Source of the DNA: Fimicolochytrium jonesii
Taxonomy: Eukaryota
Assembly: GCF_025526975.1 (NCBI RefSeq)
Contig: NW_026515672.1
Span: 62,001-126,000 of the forward strand
Direction: 5' to 3'
Length of the DNA stretch: 64,000 bases
The notes beneath the pieces are model-generated. The model was not told the DNA's origin. It was given only the letters and a program-made list of their open reading frames with translations, and searched no databases. The translations under genes and the position numbers were made by a program. Numbering within the stretch: position 1 is the stretch's first letter; each line of letters opens with the position of its first letter. Positions 1-13,500 of this stretch are shown piece after piece.

Positions 1-3000
1 CCGCAAGCACCGCATCCCACTGGTCAAGAAGGAGGACCCCATTGCGCTTGAACTGGTTGACGGACGTCCCAGCCATGCGGGCTCCATTACCCATCACACC
101 CAACCTTTGGGCATGTGGGTCAACGACCATTTTGAGGAGGTGGTATTCCATGTGACATGTTCCCCGCATGCGCCAATCATCCTGGGGCTTCCCTGGTTTG
201 AGCTCCATGATGTGGAGCTACATTGGAAGACTCGCACTCTTTCCGTCCGCTGCCATTGCGGTTTTAGGACAATACGCCTCCTGGGATGCCCTGCCAACAG
301 AACCTAGCCCGAAGCCCTCAAGAACCCCTGAACCTCTGATCCGTATCCATCAAGACGAGATTTCAGTCTCCCTAGCCCAGACACCCAACACACTGGACCC
401 AGCACCCACACCGATCCACGTATCGTTTATCAGCGCCCCAGCTTTCCGTGTGGCGGCAAGGCATGACCAGGCATTCATTGCCTACGCCAATCCGACCAAG
501 TCAGATTCCCAAGCCCTGGCGACCACTCCTCCAAAAGATCCGAAGGCCATCATTCCTGAAGAATACCAGGATTTTGCGGACGTCTTCGCCAAGAAGAACG
601 CGGATACCCTCCCAGAGCACCGACCCTACGACTGTCCCATCGACTTAGAAGAGGGCAAACAGCCACCGTTCGGCCCGATCTATAGTCTCAGCGAGCCTGA
701 AATGCAGGCACTCTGTGACTACCTTGAAGAGAACCTAGCTAAGGGGTTCATCAAGCACTCCAAGTCTCCCGCCGGTGCCCCAGTCCTCTTTGTCAAGAAA
801 AAGGACGGTTCCCTCCGTCTGTGCGTCGACTATCGTGGACTCAACAATATCACCATCAAGAATCGCTATCCCTTGCCCTTGATTAACAGCATCATGGATC
901 GTCTTCGAGGGGCACGCCGGCTCACCAAGATTGACCTCCGGGGAGCCTACAACCTTCTTCGGATCCGGCCAGGGGATGAATGGAAGACAGCGTTCCGATG
1001 TCGCTACGGCCTATTCGAGTATAATGTCATGCCGTTTGGGCTCACCAATGCCCCTGGAGTATTCCAACACCTCATGAACGACATATTCCGTGACATTCTC
1101 GACGTTTTTGTTGTGGTCTACCTTGACGACATTCTGATCTTCTCAAAAAACCCAGAAGACCACCCCACCCACGTCCGAGAGGTGCTCTCACGACTCCGCC
1201 AGCACGGGCTGTATGCGAAACCGGAAAAATGCGACTTCAACCGTGACTCTGTTGAGTTCCTGGGGTTTATCATCTCCCAGCAAGGCATTTCCATGGACCC
1301 AAAGAAGACGGCTGCCACTACCGAATGGGAATCCCCCGACGAATGTCAAAGGCATCCAGCGCTTCCTTGGTTTTGCCAACTTCTACCGGCGATTCATCAA
1401 AGGGTACTCTGCGATCGTTGCACCCCTGACCACGCTCACTCGCAAAGACTTGCCATTCAAATGGACCCACGCTGCACACCTAGCTTTTGAAACCCTCAAG
1501 AAAGCCTTCACCTCCGCACCTATCCTGACTCACCCCGACCCTGACAAGCCCTTCATTGTCGAATCCGATGCCTCCGACTTTGCCCTTGGCGCCGTCCTCC
1601 TTCAACCCGATGACACAGATCAACTCCACCCCGTGGCCTTTCACTCCCGCAAATTTACTCCTGAGGAAATCAACTATGAGATCTACGACAAGGAACTCCT
1701 GGCTATCCAAGACTCATTTGCTCAATGGCGACACCACCTCATTGGTGCCCGCCACAAGGTCATCGTTTACTGTGACCACAAGAACCTCCAGTACTTCATG
1801 ACTACCCGTACCCTCAACCGCCGCCAATCCCGCTGGTCAATCTTCTTTGCTGATTTCGACTTTGTCATCACATACCGCCCTGGTACCCAGCAACACCAAG
1901 CTGACGCCCTCTCTCGTCGCTCTGAATACGAGCTAAGGGAGGGGGAAGAAGCATTCCGCTCCCAGGAAACCACGATCCTCACCCCTGACCATCTCCGCCT
2001 GGCCGCCACTTATCTGACCCCACTGGACTCCTCGCTCCTTGACCAAATCAAAGCTGCCCTGGCATCCGATGTGTTTGCGCAAACCATCCGGCGACAGCTT
2101 AGGGCCCCCATTGCCCAGCAATCTCAAGAAGACCAAGAACGGATAAAGCGATTCTCCGAGGAAAATGGGGTTCTGCTGTACGACAACCTTGTCTACGTCC
2201 CCACCAACAAGCTCCGTGCTGAGATCTGCCGGGACATGCATGACACGCGTTTGGCAGGACACTACGGCATGTCAAAGACCCTGGAGCTCATCTCACGCAA
2301 CTACTGGTGGCCTAGCCAGTGGCGTTTTGTCAAGTCCTACATCAGGTCCTGCGACGTATGTGCTCAAGCCAAGACCAGCAGACACAAGCCCTACGGTCTC
2401 CTCCAACCCCTGCAGGTCCCTGACCGCCCCTGGGGGTCAATTTCCATGGACTTCATCACGGATCTACCCGCCAGTGATGGGGTTGATTCTGTGCTCGTTG
2501 TCATCTGCCGGTTCACCAAGATGGCGCACTTTGTACCGTGCAGGAAAACTGCCACCGCTGAGTCAACTGCAGATCTGATCTGGCACCATGTCATCCGGCT
2601 CCATGGACTCCCCGACGATATTGTATCTGACCGTGGCCCACAGTTCAACTCCCACTTCTGGAAACGTCTCTTCGCTCTCCTGGGAACCAAGGTCAACCTC
2701 TCATCGGCGTTCCATCCCCAGAGCGATGGACAAACCGAGCGGACCAATCAGATTCTTGAGCAATACCTTCGCTGCTTTTGCAACTATCAACAAGATAACT
2801 GGAAGGAACTCTTGTCTTCTGCTGAGTTCTCTTACAATAACACCATCCACTCCGCCACCCAGACAACCCCCTTCTACGCCAACTATGGGTTCCATCCTCG
2901 ATTCAGTCTGGCTTCCGCCACCACAACCGAATCCCTTAATCCTGCAGCCGAAGCTCGTGCCAACCATCTCAAGGAAATCCATGAACAGCTTGCCACTGAG

Positions 3001-3537
3001 CTCAAGGAGGCCCAAGGACGCATGAAGCGCTTTGCCGATGCTAAGAGGGCACCTGGCCCAGACATGAAACCCGGGGACAGTGTCTGGCTCTTACAGCGGA
3101 ATCTCAAGACTCTCCGACCTTCCCAGAAACTTGATCACCGTAAGATTGGCCCCTTCACAATCACGGAGAAGATCAACTCGGTCACATATCGCCTCAAGCT
3201 TCCCCCATCCTACAAAATTCACAACGTCTTCCATGTCTCCCTTCTTGAACCACGTTTCACCATTCCGGAGCGAACTGAGCCAGAACCCACCCCACCAGAA
3301 GAAGTCGAAGGACAGGAGGAATGGATTGTGGAAGACATTCTTGACTCCCGTATTCGACGCACGCACCTTCAGTACCTCATCAAGTGGCAGGGTTGGCCAA
3401 GCTCGGAGAACACATGGGAGCCAGTGGAACACCTTGCCCGATGTCAAGAGCTTGTTGCCCAGTTCCACCAAAAGTACCCCGACAAACCCCGACCAAAGCC
3501 TGCCAACATCAAAACAACATCCGGACGCCGTGGCTAA
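1..3537 (+). pseudogene. pol: Copy 1 PR (partial)-RT-RH-IN-chromodomain, frameshifted
   Basis: RT motifs LCVDYRGLN and YLDD; RNase H ESDASD; IN HHCC and SMDF/SDRG/TER; chromodomain. An extra T at ~1332 relative to copies 2/3 splits ORFs 168-1490 and 1213-3537. Confidence 0.93.
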
Positions 3538-3549
3538 AGGAGGGGGTGA

Positions 3550-4143
3550 TGTTATGGACGACGCGTCCATACCATGCGCTTACCTCATGACAGCATCCCA
3601 ACAGTCAGTCAATGTCAATTCCCTGTCAAAACCTGACATCTGCCAAACCTCGCAGCCGCACGCAGCCGCGCTACCCCACACCTGCCACTGCCTTCATTTC
3701 TCCAGGCAGCCGCACGTAGCCACACCTCCCAACACTCGGCGCTTACAAACCCTTCTCCATACTTCCCCACGTACCCGCCCACAGCTTCAGCGTAGCCACC
3801 CCATCCCCAGTCTTCTGTTTCCATACTTCCCCACGTACCCGCCCACAGCCTCAGCGTAGCCACCCCATCCCCAGTCTTCTGTTTCTATGCTTCCCCACCC
3901 TTGGCGCTTCTCTTGGCTTCCTTCTCATTCCGTACCCTTCTGCTTCCCCACGCTTCCCCAGCCTTCCCAGAAAAACATAAATAGCCGCCTCCCCTGAGCT
4001 CCCCACTTCCTGATCCCCCAGCAGATCAACACCAGTTCTTCCTAGTCTTGTTCTAGTTCTTGTTTCGGTCTGAATACTATTACCTGTCAACAACCTGCAC
4101 CACAAGTCGCCTCTATTTTCATCGGCTCCGCCCATTCATAACA
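3550..4143 (+). repeat. LTR-a (594 bp), shared between copies 1 and 2
   Basis: Termini TGTTATG...CATAACA; directly after the PPT; internal 64-bp tandem duplication 3756-3883; TATA-like ATAAATA at ~3977. Confidence 0.95.
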
Positions 4144-4194
4144 GTTTGATCTGCTCAACAACCCCCAGCCGCTGTACCTCCACGCCAAATCACC

Positions 4195-5123
4195 ATGTCC
4201 GACGCCCTTCCCCTCACGGCCGAAGCCTGGCAAGCCATGTGCAATGCGATTGACGAACTTCGAGCGCAGAATACCACCCTACAAGCCGAACTAGCGCAAA
4301 GCCAGACCACTGCCCCTGCCACCCACGCCCCCGAACCCAAAATCAGTCTCCCAGACAAATTTGATGGCACCCGAAGCAAGTTCCGTGGGTTCCTCAGTCA
4401 GATCCGGCTCATGTTCGCCCTCCAACCCAGGCGCTACCCCAACGATCAGACCAAGATACGAACTATTGGCACCTACCTCACTGGCACCGCCCAGGCCTGG
4501 CTGGCGCCCCTTGTCGAACAAGACCATCATTCCCTTACGAAACCTGGATGATTTCATCCAGCAAATGCAAGCAGCCTTTGGAGACAGTGACAGGATCCGC
4601 ATGTCCTGAAAACAAGCTCCAGAACCTTCGACAAACCCGTGCAGCAACAGAGTATGTAGCTGAATTCCGACAGCTGCAATGCGATGTGTCGTGGAATGAC
4701 CAGGCATTGATTGCCACCTTCCGTCGCGGCCTCAAAGAAGACGTCAAGGACTTAATGCTCACGATGCCCCCTACCGCCTCAATCGACACCGTGATGGAAC
4801 AGGCCATCCAATGTGACAACCGATTGTTTGAGCGCCGTCTAGAGCAAAGCAGGAACCGACAGCCATATGTGCCAGTTACCACTAGCCCCACCCTCATGAG
4901 CCCCGACAACCGCCCAGACGACCCTATGATCATTGACGCTGCTCGTCCGCGAGGACCCCTCACACCGCTAGAGCGCCAACACCGCATCACAAACAAACTT
5001 TGCCTCTACTGTGGTAAACCCGGCCACATAGCCAAACTCTGCCCGAACAAGATACGCACGGCGAATGTCGCGGTTAAGGAACCTGCACCCATCCAGGATT
5101 TTGCCCAAGTCCAGCTGCAGTAA
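4195..5123 (+). pseudogene. gag: Copy 2 Gag, frameshifted
   Basis: PDKFDG motif and CCHC knuckle CLYCGKPGHIAKLC. Two 1-nt insertions (~4540, ~4606) relative to the intact copy at 9612. Confidence 0.9.
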
Positions 5124-5722
5124 AGGCCGAGCAGCTGGGCAACACCTGTCCTGGGCCTTCTCACCACGCAAGTACTGCCAAGGGAGAAGCCACAAAACCT
5201 TGCTCCGATCCTGGCATCTCCAGCAACACCCTTCTCCTGACCACCAACAATGTCAATCTCCTATCTGAGATACCCTCACCCATGCGGACTTTGGGCCCAT
5301 CCTCACCATTCGAGTACCCTGTTACCCTGCAGATATCGGCCCAGCGAGCTCCAGTTCAGCTTTCAGCACTACTCGACACCGGTGCGATGTCGTGCTTCAT
5401 CGACGAAAGTTATGCCCGCAAGCACCGCATCCCACTGGTCAAGAAGGAGGACCCCATTGCGCTTGAACTGGTTGACGGACGTCCCAGCCATGCGGGCTCC
5501 ATTACCCATCACACCCAACCTTTGGGCATGTGGGTCAACGACCATTTTGAGGAGGTGGTATTCCATGTGACATGTTCCCCGCATGCGCCAATCATCCTGG
5601 GGCTTCCCTGGTTTGAGCTCCATGATGTGGAGCTACATTGGAAGACTCGCACTCTTTGCGTCCGCTGCCATTGCGGTTTTAGGACAATACGCCTCCTGGG
5701 ATGCCCTGCCAACAGAACCTAG
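5078..5722 (+). CDS. Copy 2 aspartic protease, in the -1 frame relative to gag
   Basis: LLDTGA active site and IILGLPW. The frame is open from 5078 and overlaps the gag 3' end. Confidence 0.88.
   Translation, partial: GTCTHPGFCPSPAAVKAEQLGNTCPGPSHHASTAKGEATKPCSDPGISSNTLLLTTNNVNLLSEIPSPMRTLGPSSPFEYPVTLQISAQRAPVQLSALLDTGAMSCFIDESYARKHRIPLVKKEDPIALELVDGRPSHAGSITHHTQPLGMWVNDHFEEVVFHVTCSPHAPIILGLPWFELHDVELHWKTRTLCVRCHCGFRTIRLLGCPANRT
5096..5159 (+). promoter_or_regulatory. Predicted -1 ribosomal frameshift signal (G GAU UUU + H-type pseudoknot); identical copy at 10511-10574
   Basis: Heptamer phased to gag codons; stem CCAGCTGC/GCAGCTGG; loop AAGGCC complementary to downstream GGCCTT. Confidence 0.75.
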
Positions 5723-8700
5723 CCCGAAGCCCTCAAGAACCCCTGAACCTCTGATCCGTATCCATCAAGACGAGATTTCAGTCTCCCTAGCCCAGACACC
5801 CAACACACTGGACCCAGCACCCACACCGATCCACGTATCGTTTATCAGCGCCCCAGCTTTCCGTGTGGCGGCAAGGCATGACCAGGCATTCATTGCCTAC
5901 GCCAATGCGACCAAGTCAGATTCCCAAGCCCTGGCGACCACTCCTCCAAAAGATCCGAAGGCCATCATTCCTGAAGAATACCAAGATTTTGCGGACGTCT
6001 TCGCCAAGAAGAACGCGGATACCCTCCCAGAGCACCGACCCTACGACTGTCCCATCGACTTAGAAGAGGGCAAACAGCCACCGTTCGGCCCGATCTATAG
6101 TCTCAGCGAGCCTGAAATGCAGGCACTCTGTGACTACCTTGAAGAGAACCTAGCTAAGGGGTTCATCAAGCACTCCAAGTCTCCCGCCGGTGCCCCAGTC
6201 CTCTTTGTCAAGAAAAAGGACGGTTCCCTCCGTCTGTGCGTCGACTATCGTGGACTCAATAATATCACCATCAAGAATCGCTATCCCTTGCCCTTGATTA
6301 ACAGCATCATGGATCGTCTTCGAGGGGCACGCCGGCTCACCAAGATTGACCTCCGGGGAGCCTACAACCTTCTTCGGATCCGGCCAGGGGATGAATGGAA
6401 GACAGCGTTCCGATGTCGCTACGGCCTATTCGAATATAATGTCATGCCGTTTGGGCTCACCAATGCCCCTGGAGTATTCCAACACCTCATGAACGACATA
6501 TTCCGTGACATCCTCGACGTTTTTGTTGTGGTCTACCTTGACGACATTCTGATCTTATCAAAAAACCCAGAAGACCACCCCAACCACGTCCGAGAGGTGC
6601 TCTCACGACTCCGCCAGCACGGGCTGTACGCGAAACCGGAAAAATGCGAATTCAACCGTGACTCTGTTGAGTTCCTGGGGTTTATCATCTCCCAGCAAGG
6701 CATTTCCATGGACCCAAAGAAGACGGCTGCCATTACCGAATGGGAACCCCCGACGAATGTCAAAGGCATCCAGCGCTTCCTTGGTTTTGCCAACTTCTAC
6801 CGGCGATTCATCAAAGGGTACTCTGCGATCGTTGCACCCCTGACCACGCTCACTCGCAAAGACTTGCCATTCAAATGGACCCACGCTGCACACCTAGCTT
6901 TTGAAACCCTCAAGAAAGGCTTCACCTCCGCACCTATCCTGACTCACCCCGACCCTGACAAGCCCTTCATTGTCGAATCCGATGCCTCCGACTTTGCCCT
7001 TGGCGCCGTCCTCCTTCAACCCGATGACACAGATCAACTCCACCCCGTGGCCTTTCACTCCCGCAAATTTACTCCTGAGGAAATCAACTATGAGATCTAC
7101 GACAAGGAACTCCTGGCTATCCAAGACTCATTTGCTCAATGGCGACACCACCTCATTGGTGCCCGCCACAAGGTCATCGTTTACTGTGACCACAAGAACC
7201 TCCAGTACTTCATGACTACCCGTACCCTCAACCGCCGCCAATCCCGCTGGTCAATCTTCTTTGCTGATTTCGACTTTGTCATCACATACCGCCCTGGTAC
7301 CCAGCAACACCAAGCTGATGCCCTCTCTCGTCGCTCTGAATACGAGCTAAGGGAGGGGGAAGAAGCATTCCGCTCCCAGGAAACCACGATCCTCACCCCT
7401 GACCATCTCCGCCTGGCCGCCACTTATCTGACCCCACTGGACTCCTCGCTCCTTGACCAAATCAAAGCTGCCCTGGCATCCGATGTGTTTGCGCAAACCA
7501 TCCGGCGACAGCTTAGGGCCCCCATTGCCCAGCAATCTCAAGAAGACCAAGAACGGATAAAGCGATTCTCCGAGGAAAATGGGGTTCTGCTATACGACAA
7601 CCTTGTCTACGTCCCCACCAACAAGCTCCGTGCTGAGATCTGCCGGGACATGCATGACACGCGTTTGGCAGGACACTACGGCATGTCAAAGACCCTGGAG
7701 CTCATCTCACGCAACTACTGGTGGCCTAGCCAGTGGCGTTTTGTCAAGTCCTACATCAGGTCCTGCGACGTATGTGCTCAAGCCAAGACCAGCAGACACA
7801 AGCCCTACGGTCTCCTCCAACCCCTGCAGATCCCTGACCGCCCCTGGGGGTCAATTTCCATGGACTTCATCACGGATCTACCCGCCAGTGATGGGGTTGA
7901 TTCTGTGCTCGTTGTCATCTGCCGGTTCACCAAGATGGCGCACTTTGTACCGTGCAGGAAAACTGCCACCGCTGAGTCAACTGCAGATCTGATCTGGCAC
8001 CATGTCATCCGGCTCCATGGACTCCCCGACGATATTGTATCTGACCGTGGCCCACAGTTCAACTCCCACTTCTGGAAACGTCTCTTCGCTCTCCTGGGAA
8101 CCAAGGTCAACCTCTCATCGGCGTTCCATCCCCAGAGCGATGGACAAACCGAGCGGACCAATCAGATTCTTGAGCAATACCTTCGCTGCTTTTGCAACTA
8201 TCAACAAGATAACTGGAAGGAACTCTTGTCTTCTGCTGAGTTCTCTTACAATAACACCATCCACTCCGCCACCCAGACAACCCCCTTCTACGCCAACTAT
8301 GGGTTCCATCCTCGATTCAGTCTGGCTTCCGCCACCACAACCGAATCCCTTAATCCTGCAGCCGAAGCTCGTGCCAACCATCTCAAGGAAATCCATGAAC
8401 AGCTTGCCACTGAGCTCAAGGAGGCCCAAGGACGCATGAAGCGCTTTGCCGATGCTAAGAGGGCACCTGGCCCAGACATGAAACCCGGGGACAGTGTCTG
8501 GCTCTTACAGCGGAATCTCAAGACTCTCCGACCTTCCCAGAAACTTGATCACCGTAAGATTGGCCCCTTCACAATCACGGAGAAGATCAACTCGGTCACA
8601 TATCGCCTCAAGCTTCCCCCATCCTACAAAATTCACAACGTCTTCCATGTCTCCCTTCTTGAACCACGTTTCACCATTCCGGAGCGAACTGAGCTAGAAC

Positions 8701-8954
8701 CCACCCCACCACCAGAAGAAGTCGAAGGACAGGAGGAATGGATTGTGGAAGACATTCTTGACTCCCGTATTCGACGCACGCATCTTCAGTACCTCATCAA
8801 GTGGCAGGGTTGGCCAAGCTCGGAGAACACATGGGAGCCAGTGGAACACCTTGCCGGATGTCAAGAGCTTGTTGCCCAGTTCCACCAAAAGTACCCCGAC
8901 AAACCCCGACCAAAGCCTGCCAACATCAAAACAACATCCGGACGCCGTGGCTAA
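5583..8954 (+). CDS. pol: Copy 2 RT-RNaseH-integrase-chromodomain open frame
   Basis: 1123-aa uninterrupted ORF with YLDD, RNase H, HHCC, DDE, GPF module and chromodomain (YLIKWQGW...ENTWEP). Confidence 0.95.
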   Translation: MRQSSWGFPGLSSMMWSYIGRLALFASAAIAVLGQYASWDALPTEPSPKPSRTPEPLIRIHQDEISVSLAQTPNTLDPAPTPIHVSFISAPAFRVAARHDQAFIAYANATKSDSQALATTPPKDPKAIIPEEYQDFADVFAKKNADTLPEHRPYDCPIDLEEGKQPPFGPIYSLSEPEMQALCDYLEENLAKGFIKHSKSPAGAPVLFVKKKDGSLRLCVDYRGLNNITIKNRYPLPLINSIMDRLRGARRLTKIDLRGAYNLLRIRPGDEWKTAFRCRYGLFEYNVMPFGLTNAPGVFQHLMNDIFRDILDVFVVVYLDDILILSKNPEDHPNHVREVLSRLRQHGLYAKPEKCEFNRDSVEFLGFIISQQGISMDPKKTAAITEWEPPTNVKGIQRFLGFANFYRRFIKGYSAIVAPLTTLTRKDLPFKWTHAAHLAFETLKKGFTSAPILTHPDPDKPFIVESDASDFALGAVLLQPDDTDQLHPVAFHSRKFTPEEINYEIYDKELLAIQDSFAQWRHHLIGARHKVIVYCDHKNLQYFMTTRTLNRRQSRWSIFFADFDFVITYRPGTQQHQADALSRRSEYELREGEEAFRSQETTILTPDHLRLAATYLTPLDSSLLDQIKAALASDVFAQTIRRQLRAPIAQQSQEDQERIKRFSEENGVLLYDNLVYVPTNKLRAEICRDMHDTRLAGHYGMSKTLELISRNYWWPSQWRFVKSYIRSCDVCAQAKTSRHKPYGLLQPLQIPDRPWGSISMDFITDLPASDGVDSVLVVICRFTKMAHFVPCRKTATAESTADLIWHHVIRLHGLPDDIVSDRGPQFNSHFWKRLFALLGTKVNLSSAFHPQSDGQTERTNQILEQYLRCFCNYQQDNWKELLSSAEFSYNNTIHSATQTTPFYANYGFHPRFSLASATTTESLNPAAEARANHLKEIHEQLATELKEAQGRMKRFADAKRAPGPDMKPGDSVWLLQRNLKTLRPSQKLDHRKIGPFTITEKINSVTYRLKLPPSYKIHNVFHVSLLEPRFTIPERTELEPTPPPEEVEGQEEWIVEDILDSRIRRTHLQYLIKWQGWPSSENTWEPVEHLAGCQELVAQFHQKYPDKPRPKPANIKTTSGRRG

Positions 8955-8966
8955 AGGAGGGGGTGA

Positions 8967-9560
8967 TGTTATGGACGACGCGTCCATACCATGCGCTTAC
9001 CTCATGACAGCATCCCAACAGTCAGTCAATGTCACTTCCCTGTCAAAACCTGACATCTGCCAAACCTCGCAGCCGCACGCAGCCGCGCTACCCCACACCT
9101 GCCACTGCCTTCATTTCTCCAGGCAGCCGCACGTAGCCACACCTCCCAACACTCGGCGCTTACAAACCCTTCTCCATACTTCCCCACGTACCCGCCCACA
9201 GCTTCAGCGTAGCCACCCCATCCCCAGTCTTCTGTTTCCATACTTCCCCACGTACCCGCCCACAGCCTCAGCGTAGCCACCCCATCCCCAGTCTTCTGTT
9301 TCTATGCTTCCCCACCCTTGGCGCTTCTCTTGGCTTCCTTCTCATTCCGTACCCTTCTGCTTCCCCACGCTTCCCCAGCCTTCCCAGAAAAACATAAATA
9401 GCCGCCTCCCCTGAGCTCCCCACTTCCTGATCCCCCAGCAGATCAACACCAGTTCTTCCTAGTCTTGTTCTAGTTCTTGTTTCGGTCTGAATACTATTAC
9501 CTGTCAACAACCTGCACCACAAGTCGCCTCTATTTTCATCGGCTCCGCCCATTCATAACA
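8967..9560 (+). repeat. LTR-b (594 bp), shared between copies 2 and 3
   Basis: Near-identical to LTR-a (one substitution seen), same TG...CA termini. Confidence 0.95.
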
Positions 9561-9611
9561 GTTTGATCTGCTCAACAACCCCCAGCCGCTGTACCTCCAC
9601 GCCAAATCACC

Positions 9612-10538
9612 ATGTCCGACGCCCTTCCCCTCACGGCCGAAGCCTGGCAAGCCATGTGCAATGCGATTGACGAACTTCGAGCGCAGAATACCACCCTACA
9701 AGCCGAACTAGCGCAAAGCCAGACCACTGCCCCTGCCACCCACGCCCCCGAACCCAAAATCAGTCTCCCAGACAAATTTGATGGCACCCGAAGCAAGTTC
9801 CGTGGGTTCCTCAGTCAGATCCGGCTCATGTTCGCCCTCCAACCCAGGCGCTACCCCAACGATCAGACCAAGATACGAACTATTGGCACCTACCTCACTG
9901 GCACCGCCCAGGCCTGGCTGGCGCCCCTTGTCGAACAAGACCATCATTCCCTTACGAACCTGGATGATTTCATCCAGCAAATGCAAGCAGCCTTTGGAGA
10001 CAGTGACAGGATCCGCATGTCTGAAAACAAGCTCCAGAACCTTCGACAAACCCGTGCAGCAACAGAGTATGTAGCTGAATTCCGACAGCTGCAATGCGAT
10101 GTGTCGTGGAATGACCAGGCATTGATTGCCACCTTCCGTCGCGGCCTCAAAGAAGACGTCAAGGACTTAATGCTCACGATGCCCCCTACCGCCTCAATCG
10201 ACACCGTGATGGAACAGGCCATCCAATGTGACAACCGATTGTTTGAGCGCCGTCTAGAGCAAAGCAGGAACCGACAGCCATATGTGCCAGTTACCACTAG
10301 CCCCACCCTCATGAGCCCCGACAACCGCCCAGACGACCCTATGATCATTGACGCTGCTCGTCCGCGAGGACCCCTCACACCGCTAGAGCGCCAACACCGC
10401 ATCACAAACAAACTTTGCCTCTACTGTGGTAAACCCGGCCACATAGCCAAACTCTGCCCGAACAAGATACGCACGGCGAATGTCGCGGTTAAGGAACCTG
10501 CACCCATCCAGGATTTTGCCCAAGTCCAGCTGCAGTAA
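9612..10538 (+). CDS. gag: Copy 3 Gag, intact (308 aa)
   Basis: Retrotransposon gag motifs (PDKFDG, EYVAEF, FRRGL) and CCHC knuckle. Confidence 0.93.
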   Translation: MSDALPLTAEAWQAMCNAIDELRAQNTTLQAELAQSQTTAPATHAPEPKISLPDKFDGTRSKFRGFLSQIRLMFALQPRRYPNDQTKIRTIGTYLTGTAQAWLAPLVEQDHHSLTNLDDFIQQMQAAFGDSDRIRMSENKLQNLRQTRAATEYVAEFRQLQCDVSWNDQALIATFRRGLKEDVKDLMLTMPPTASIDTVMEQAIQCDNRLFERRLEQSRNRQPYVPVTTSPTLMSPDNRPDDPMIIDAARPRGPLTPLERQHRITNKLCLYCGKPGHIAKLCPNKIRTANVAVKEPAPIQDFAQVQLQ

Positions 10539-13500
10539 AGGCCGAGCAGCTGGGCAACACCTGTCCTGGGCCTTCTCACCACGCAAGTACTGCCAAGGGA
10601 GAAGCCACAAAACCTTGCTCCGATCCTGGCATCTCCAGCAACACCCTTCTCCTGACCACCAACAATGTCAATCTCCTATCTGAGATACCCTCACCCATGC
10701 GGACTTTGGGCCCATCCTCACCATTCGAGTACCCTGTTACCCTGCAGATATCGGCCCAGCGAGCTCCAGTTCAGCTTTCAGCACTACTCGACACCGGTGC
10801 GATGTCGTGCTTCATCGACGAAAGTTATGCCCGCAAGCACCGCATCCCACTTGTCAAGAAGGAGGACCCCATTGCGCTTGAACTGGTTGACGGACGTCCC
10901 AGCCATGCGGGCTCCATTACCCATCACACCCAACCTTTGGGCATGTGGGTCAACGACCATTTTGAGGAGGTGGTATTCCATGTGACATGTTCCCCGCATG
11001 CGCCAATCATCCTGGGGCTTCCCTGGTTTGAGCTCCATGATGTGGAGCTACACTGGAAGACTCGCACTCTTTGCGTCCGCTGCCATTGCGGTTTTGGACA
11101 ATACGCCTCCTGGGATGCCCTGCCAACAGAACCTAGCCCGAAGCCCTCAAAACCCCTGAACCTCTGATCCGTATCCATCAAGACGAGATTTCAGTCTCCC
11201 TAGCCCAGACACCCAACACACTGGACCCAGCACCCACACCGATCCACGTATCGTTTATCAGCGCCCCAGCTTTCCGTGTGGCGGCAAGGCATGACCAGGC
11301 ATTCATTGCCTACGCCAATCCGACCAAGTCAGATTCCCAAGCCCTGGCGACCACTCCTCCAAAAGATCCGAAGGCCATCATTCCTGAAGAATACCAAGAT
11401 TTTGCGGACGTCTTCGCCAAGAAGAACGCGGATACCCTCCCAGAGCACCGACCCTACGACTGTCCCATCGACTTAGAAGAGGGCAAACAGCCACCGTTCG
11501 GCCCGATCTATAGTCTCAGCGAGCCTGAAATGCAGGCACTCTGTGACTACCTTGAAGAGAACCTAGCTAAGGGGTTCATCAAGCACTCCAAGTCTCCCGC
11601 CGGTGCCCCAGTCCTCTTTGTCAAGAAAAAGGACGGTTCCCTCCGTCTGTGCGTCGACTATCGTGGACTCAACAATATCACCATCAAGAATCGCTATCCC
11701 TTGCCCTTGATTAACAGCATCATGGATCGTCTTCGAGGGGCACGCCGGCTCACCAAGATTGACCTCCGGGGAGCCTACAACCTTCTTCGGATCCGGCCAG
11801 GGGATGAATGGAAGACAGCGTTCCGATGTCGCTACGGCCTATTCGAGTATAATGTCATGCCGTTTGGGCTCACCAATGCCCCTGGAGTATTCCAACACCT
11901 CATGAACGACATATTCCGTGACATTCTCGACGTTTTTGTTGTGGTCTACCTTGACGACATTCTGATCTTCTCAAAAAACCCAGAAGACCACCCCAACCAC
12001 GTCCGAGAGGTGCTCTCACGACTCCGCCAGCACGGGCTGTATGCGAAACCGGAAAAATGCGAATTCAACCGTGACTCTGTTGAGTTCCTGGGGTTTATCA
12101 TCTCCCAGCAAGGCATTTCCATGGACCCAAAGAAGACGGCTGCCATTACCGAATGGGAACCCCCGACGAATGTCAAAGGCATCCAGCGCTTCCTTGGTTT
12201 TGCCAACTTCTACCGGCGATTCATCAAAGGGTACTCTGCGATCGTTGCACCCCTGACCACGCTCACTCGCAAAGACTTGCCATTCAAATGGACCCACGCT
12301 GCACACCTAGCTTTTGAAACCCTCAAGAAAGCCTTCACCTCCGCACCTATCCTGACTCACCCCGACCCTGACAAGCCCTTCATTGTCGAATCCGATGCCT
12401 CCGACTTTGCCCTTGGCGCCGTCCTCCTTCAACCCGATGACACAGATCAACTCCACCCCGTGGCCTTTCACTCCCGCAAATTTACTCCTGAGGAAATCAA
12501 CTATGAGATCTACGACAAGGAACTCCTGGCTATCCAAGACTCATTTGCTCAATGGCGACACCACCTCATTGGTGCCCGCCACAAGGTCATCGTTTACTGT
12601 GACCACAAGAACCTCCAGTACTTCATGACTACCCGTACCCTCAACCGCCGCCAATCCCGCTGGTCAATCTTCTTTGCTGATTTCGACTTTGTCATCACAT
12701 ACCGCCCTGGTACCCAGCAACACCAAGCTGACGCCCTCTCTCGTCGCTCTGAATACGAGCTAAGGGAGGGGGAAGAAGCATTCCGCTCCCAGGAAACCAC
12801 GATCCTCACCCCTGACCATCTCCGCCTGGCCGCCACTTATCTGACCCCACTGGACTCCTCGCTCCTTGACCAAATCAAAGCTGCCCTGGCATCCGATGTG
12901 TTTGCGCAAACCATCCGGCGACAGCTTAGGGCCCCCATTGCCCAGCAATCTCAAGAAGACCAAGAACGGATAAAGCGATTCTCCGAGGAAAATGGGGTTC
13001 TGCTGTACGACAACCTTGTCTACGTCCCCACCAACAAGCTCCGTGCTGAGATCTGCCGGGACATGCATGACACGCGTTTGGCAGGACACTACGGCATGTC
13101 AAAGACCCTGGAGCTCATCTCACGCAACTACTGGTGGCCTAGCCAGTGGCGTTTTGTCAAGTCCTACATCAGGTCCTGCGACGTATGTGCTCAAGCCAAG
13201 ACCAGCAGACACAAGCCCTACGGTCTCCTCCAACCCCTGCAGGTCCCTGACCGCCCCTGGAGGTCAATTTCCATGGACTTCATCACGGATCTACCCGCCA
13301 GTGATGGGGTTGATTCTGTGCTCGTTGTCATCTGCCGGTTCACCAAGATGGCGCACTTTGTACCGTGCAGGAAAACTGCCACCGCTGAGTCAACTGCAGA
13401 TCTGATCTGGCACCATGTCATCCGGCTCCATGGACTCCCCGACGATATTGTATCTGACCGTGGCCCACAGTTCAACTCCCACTTCTGGAAACGTCTCTTC

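Noticed and set aside
3080..3859. 259-aa ORF (and its counterparts in other copies) overlapping the integrase end and LTR
   Set aside because: Low-complexity alternative frame, broken by a stop in copy 2; no env-like features.
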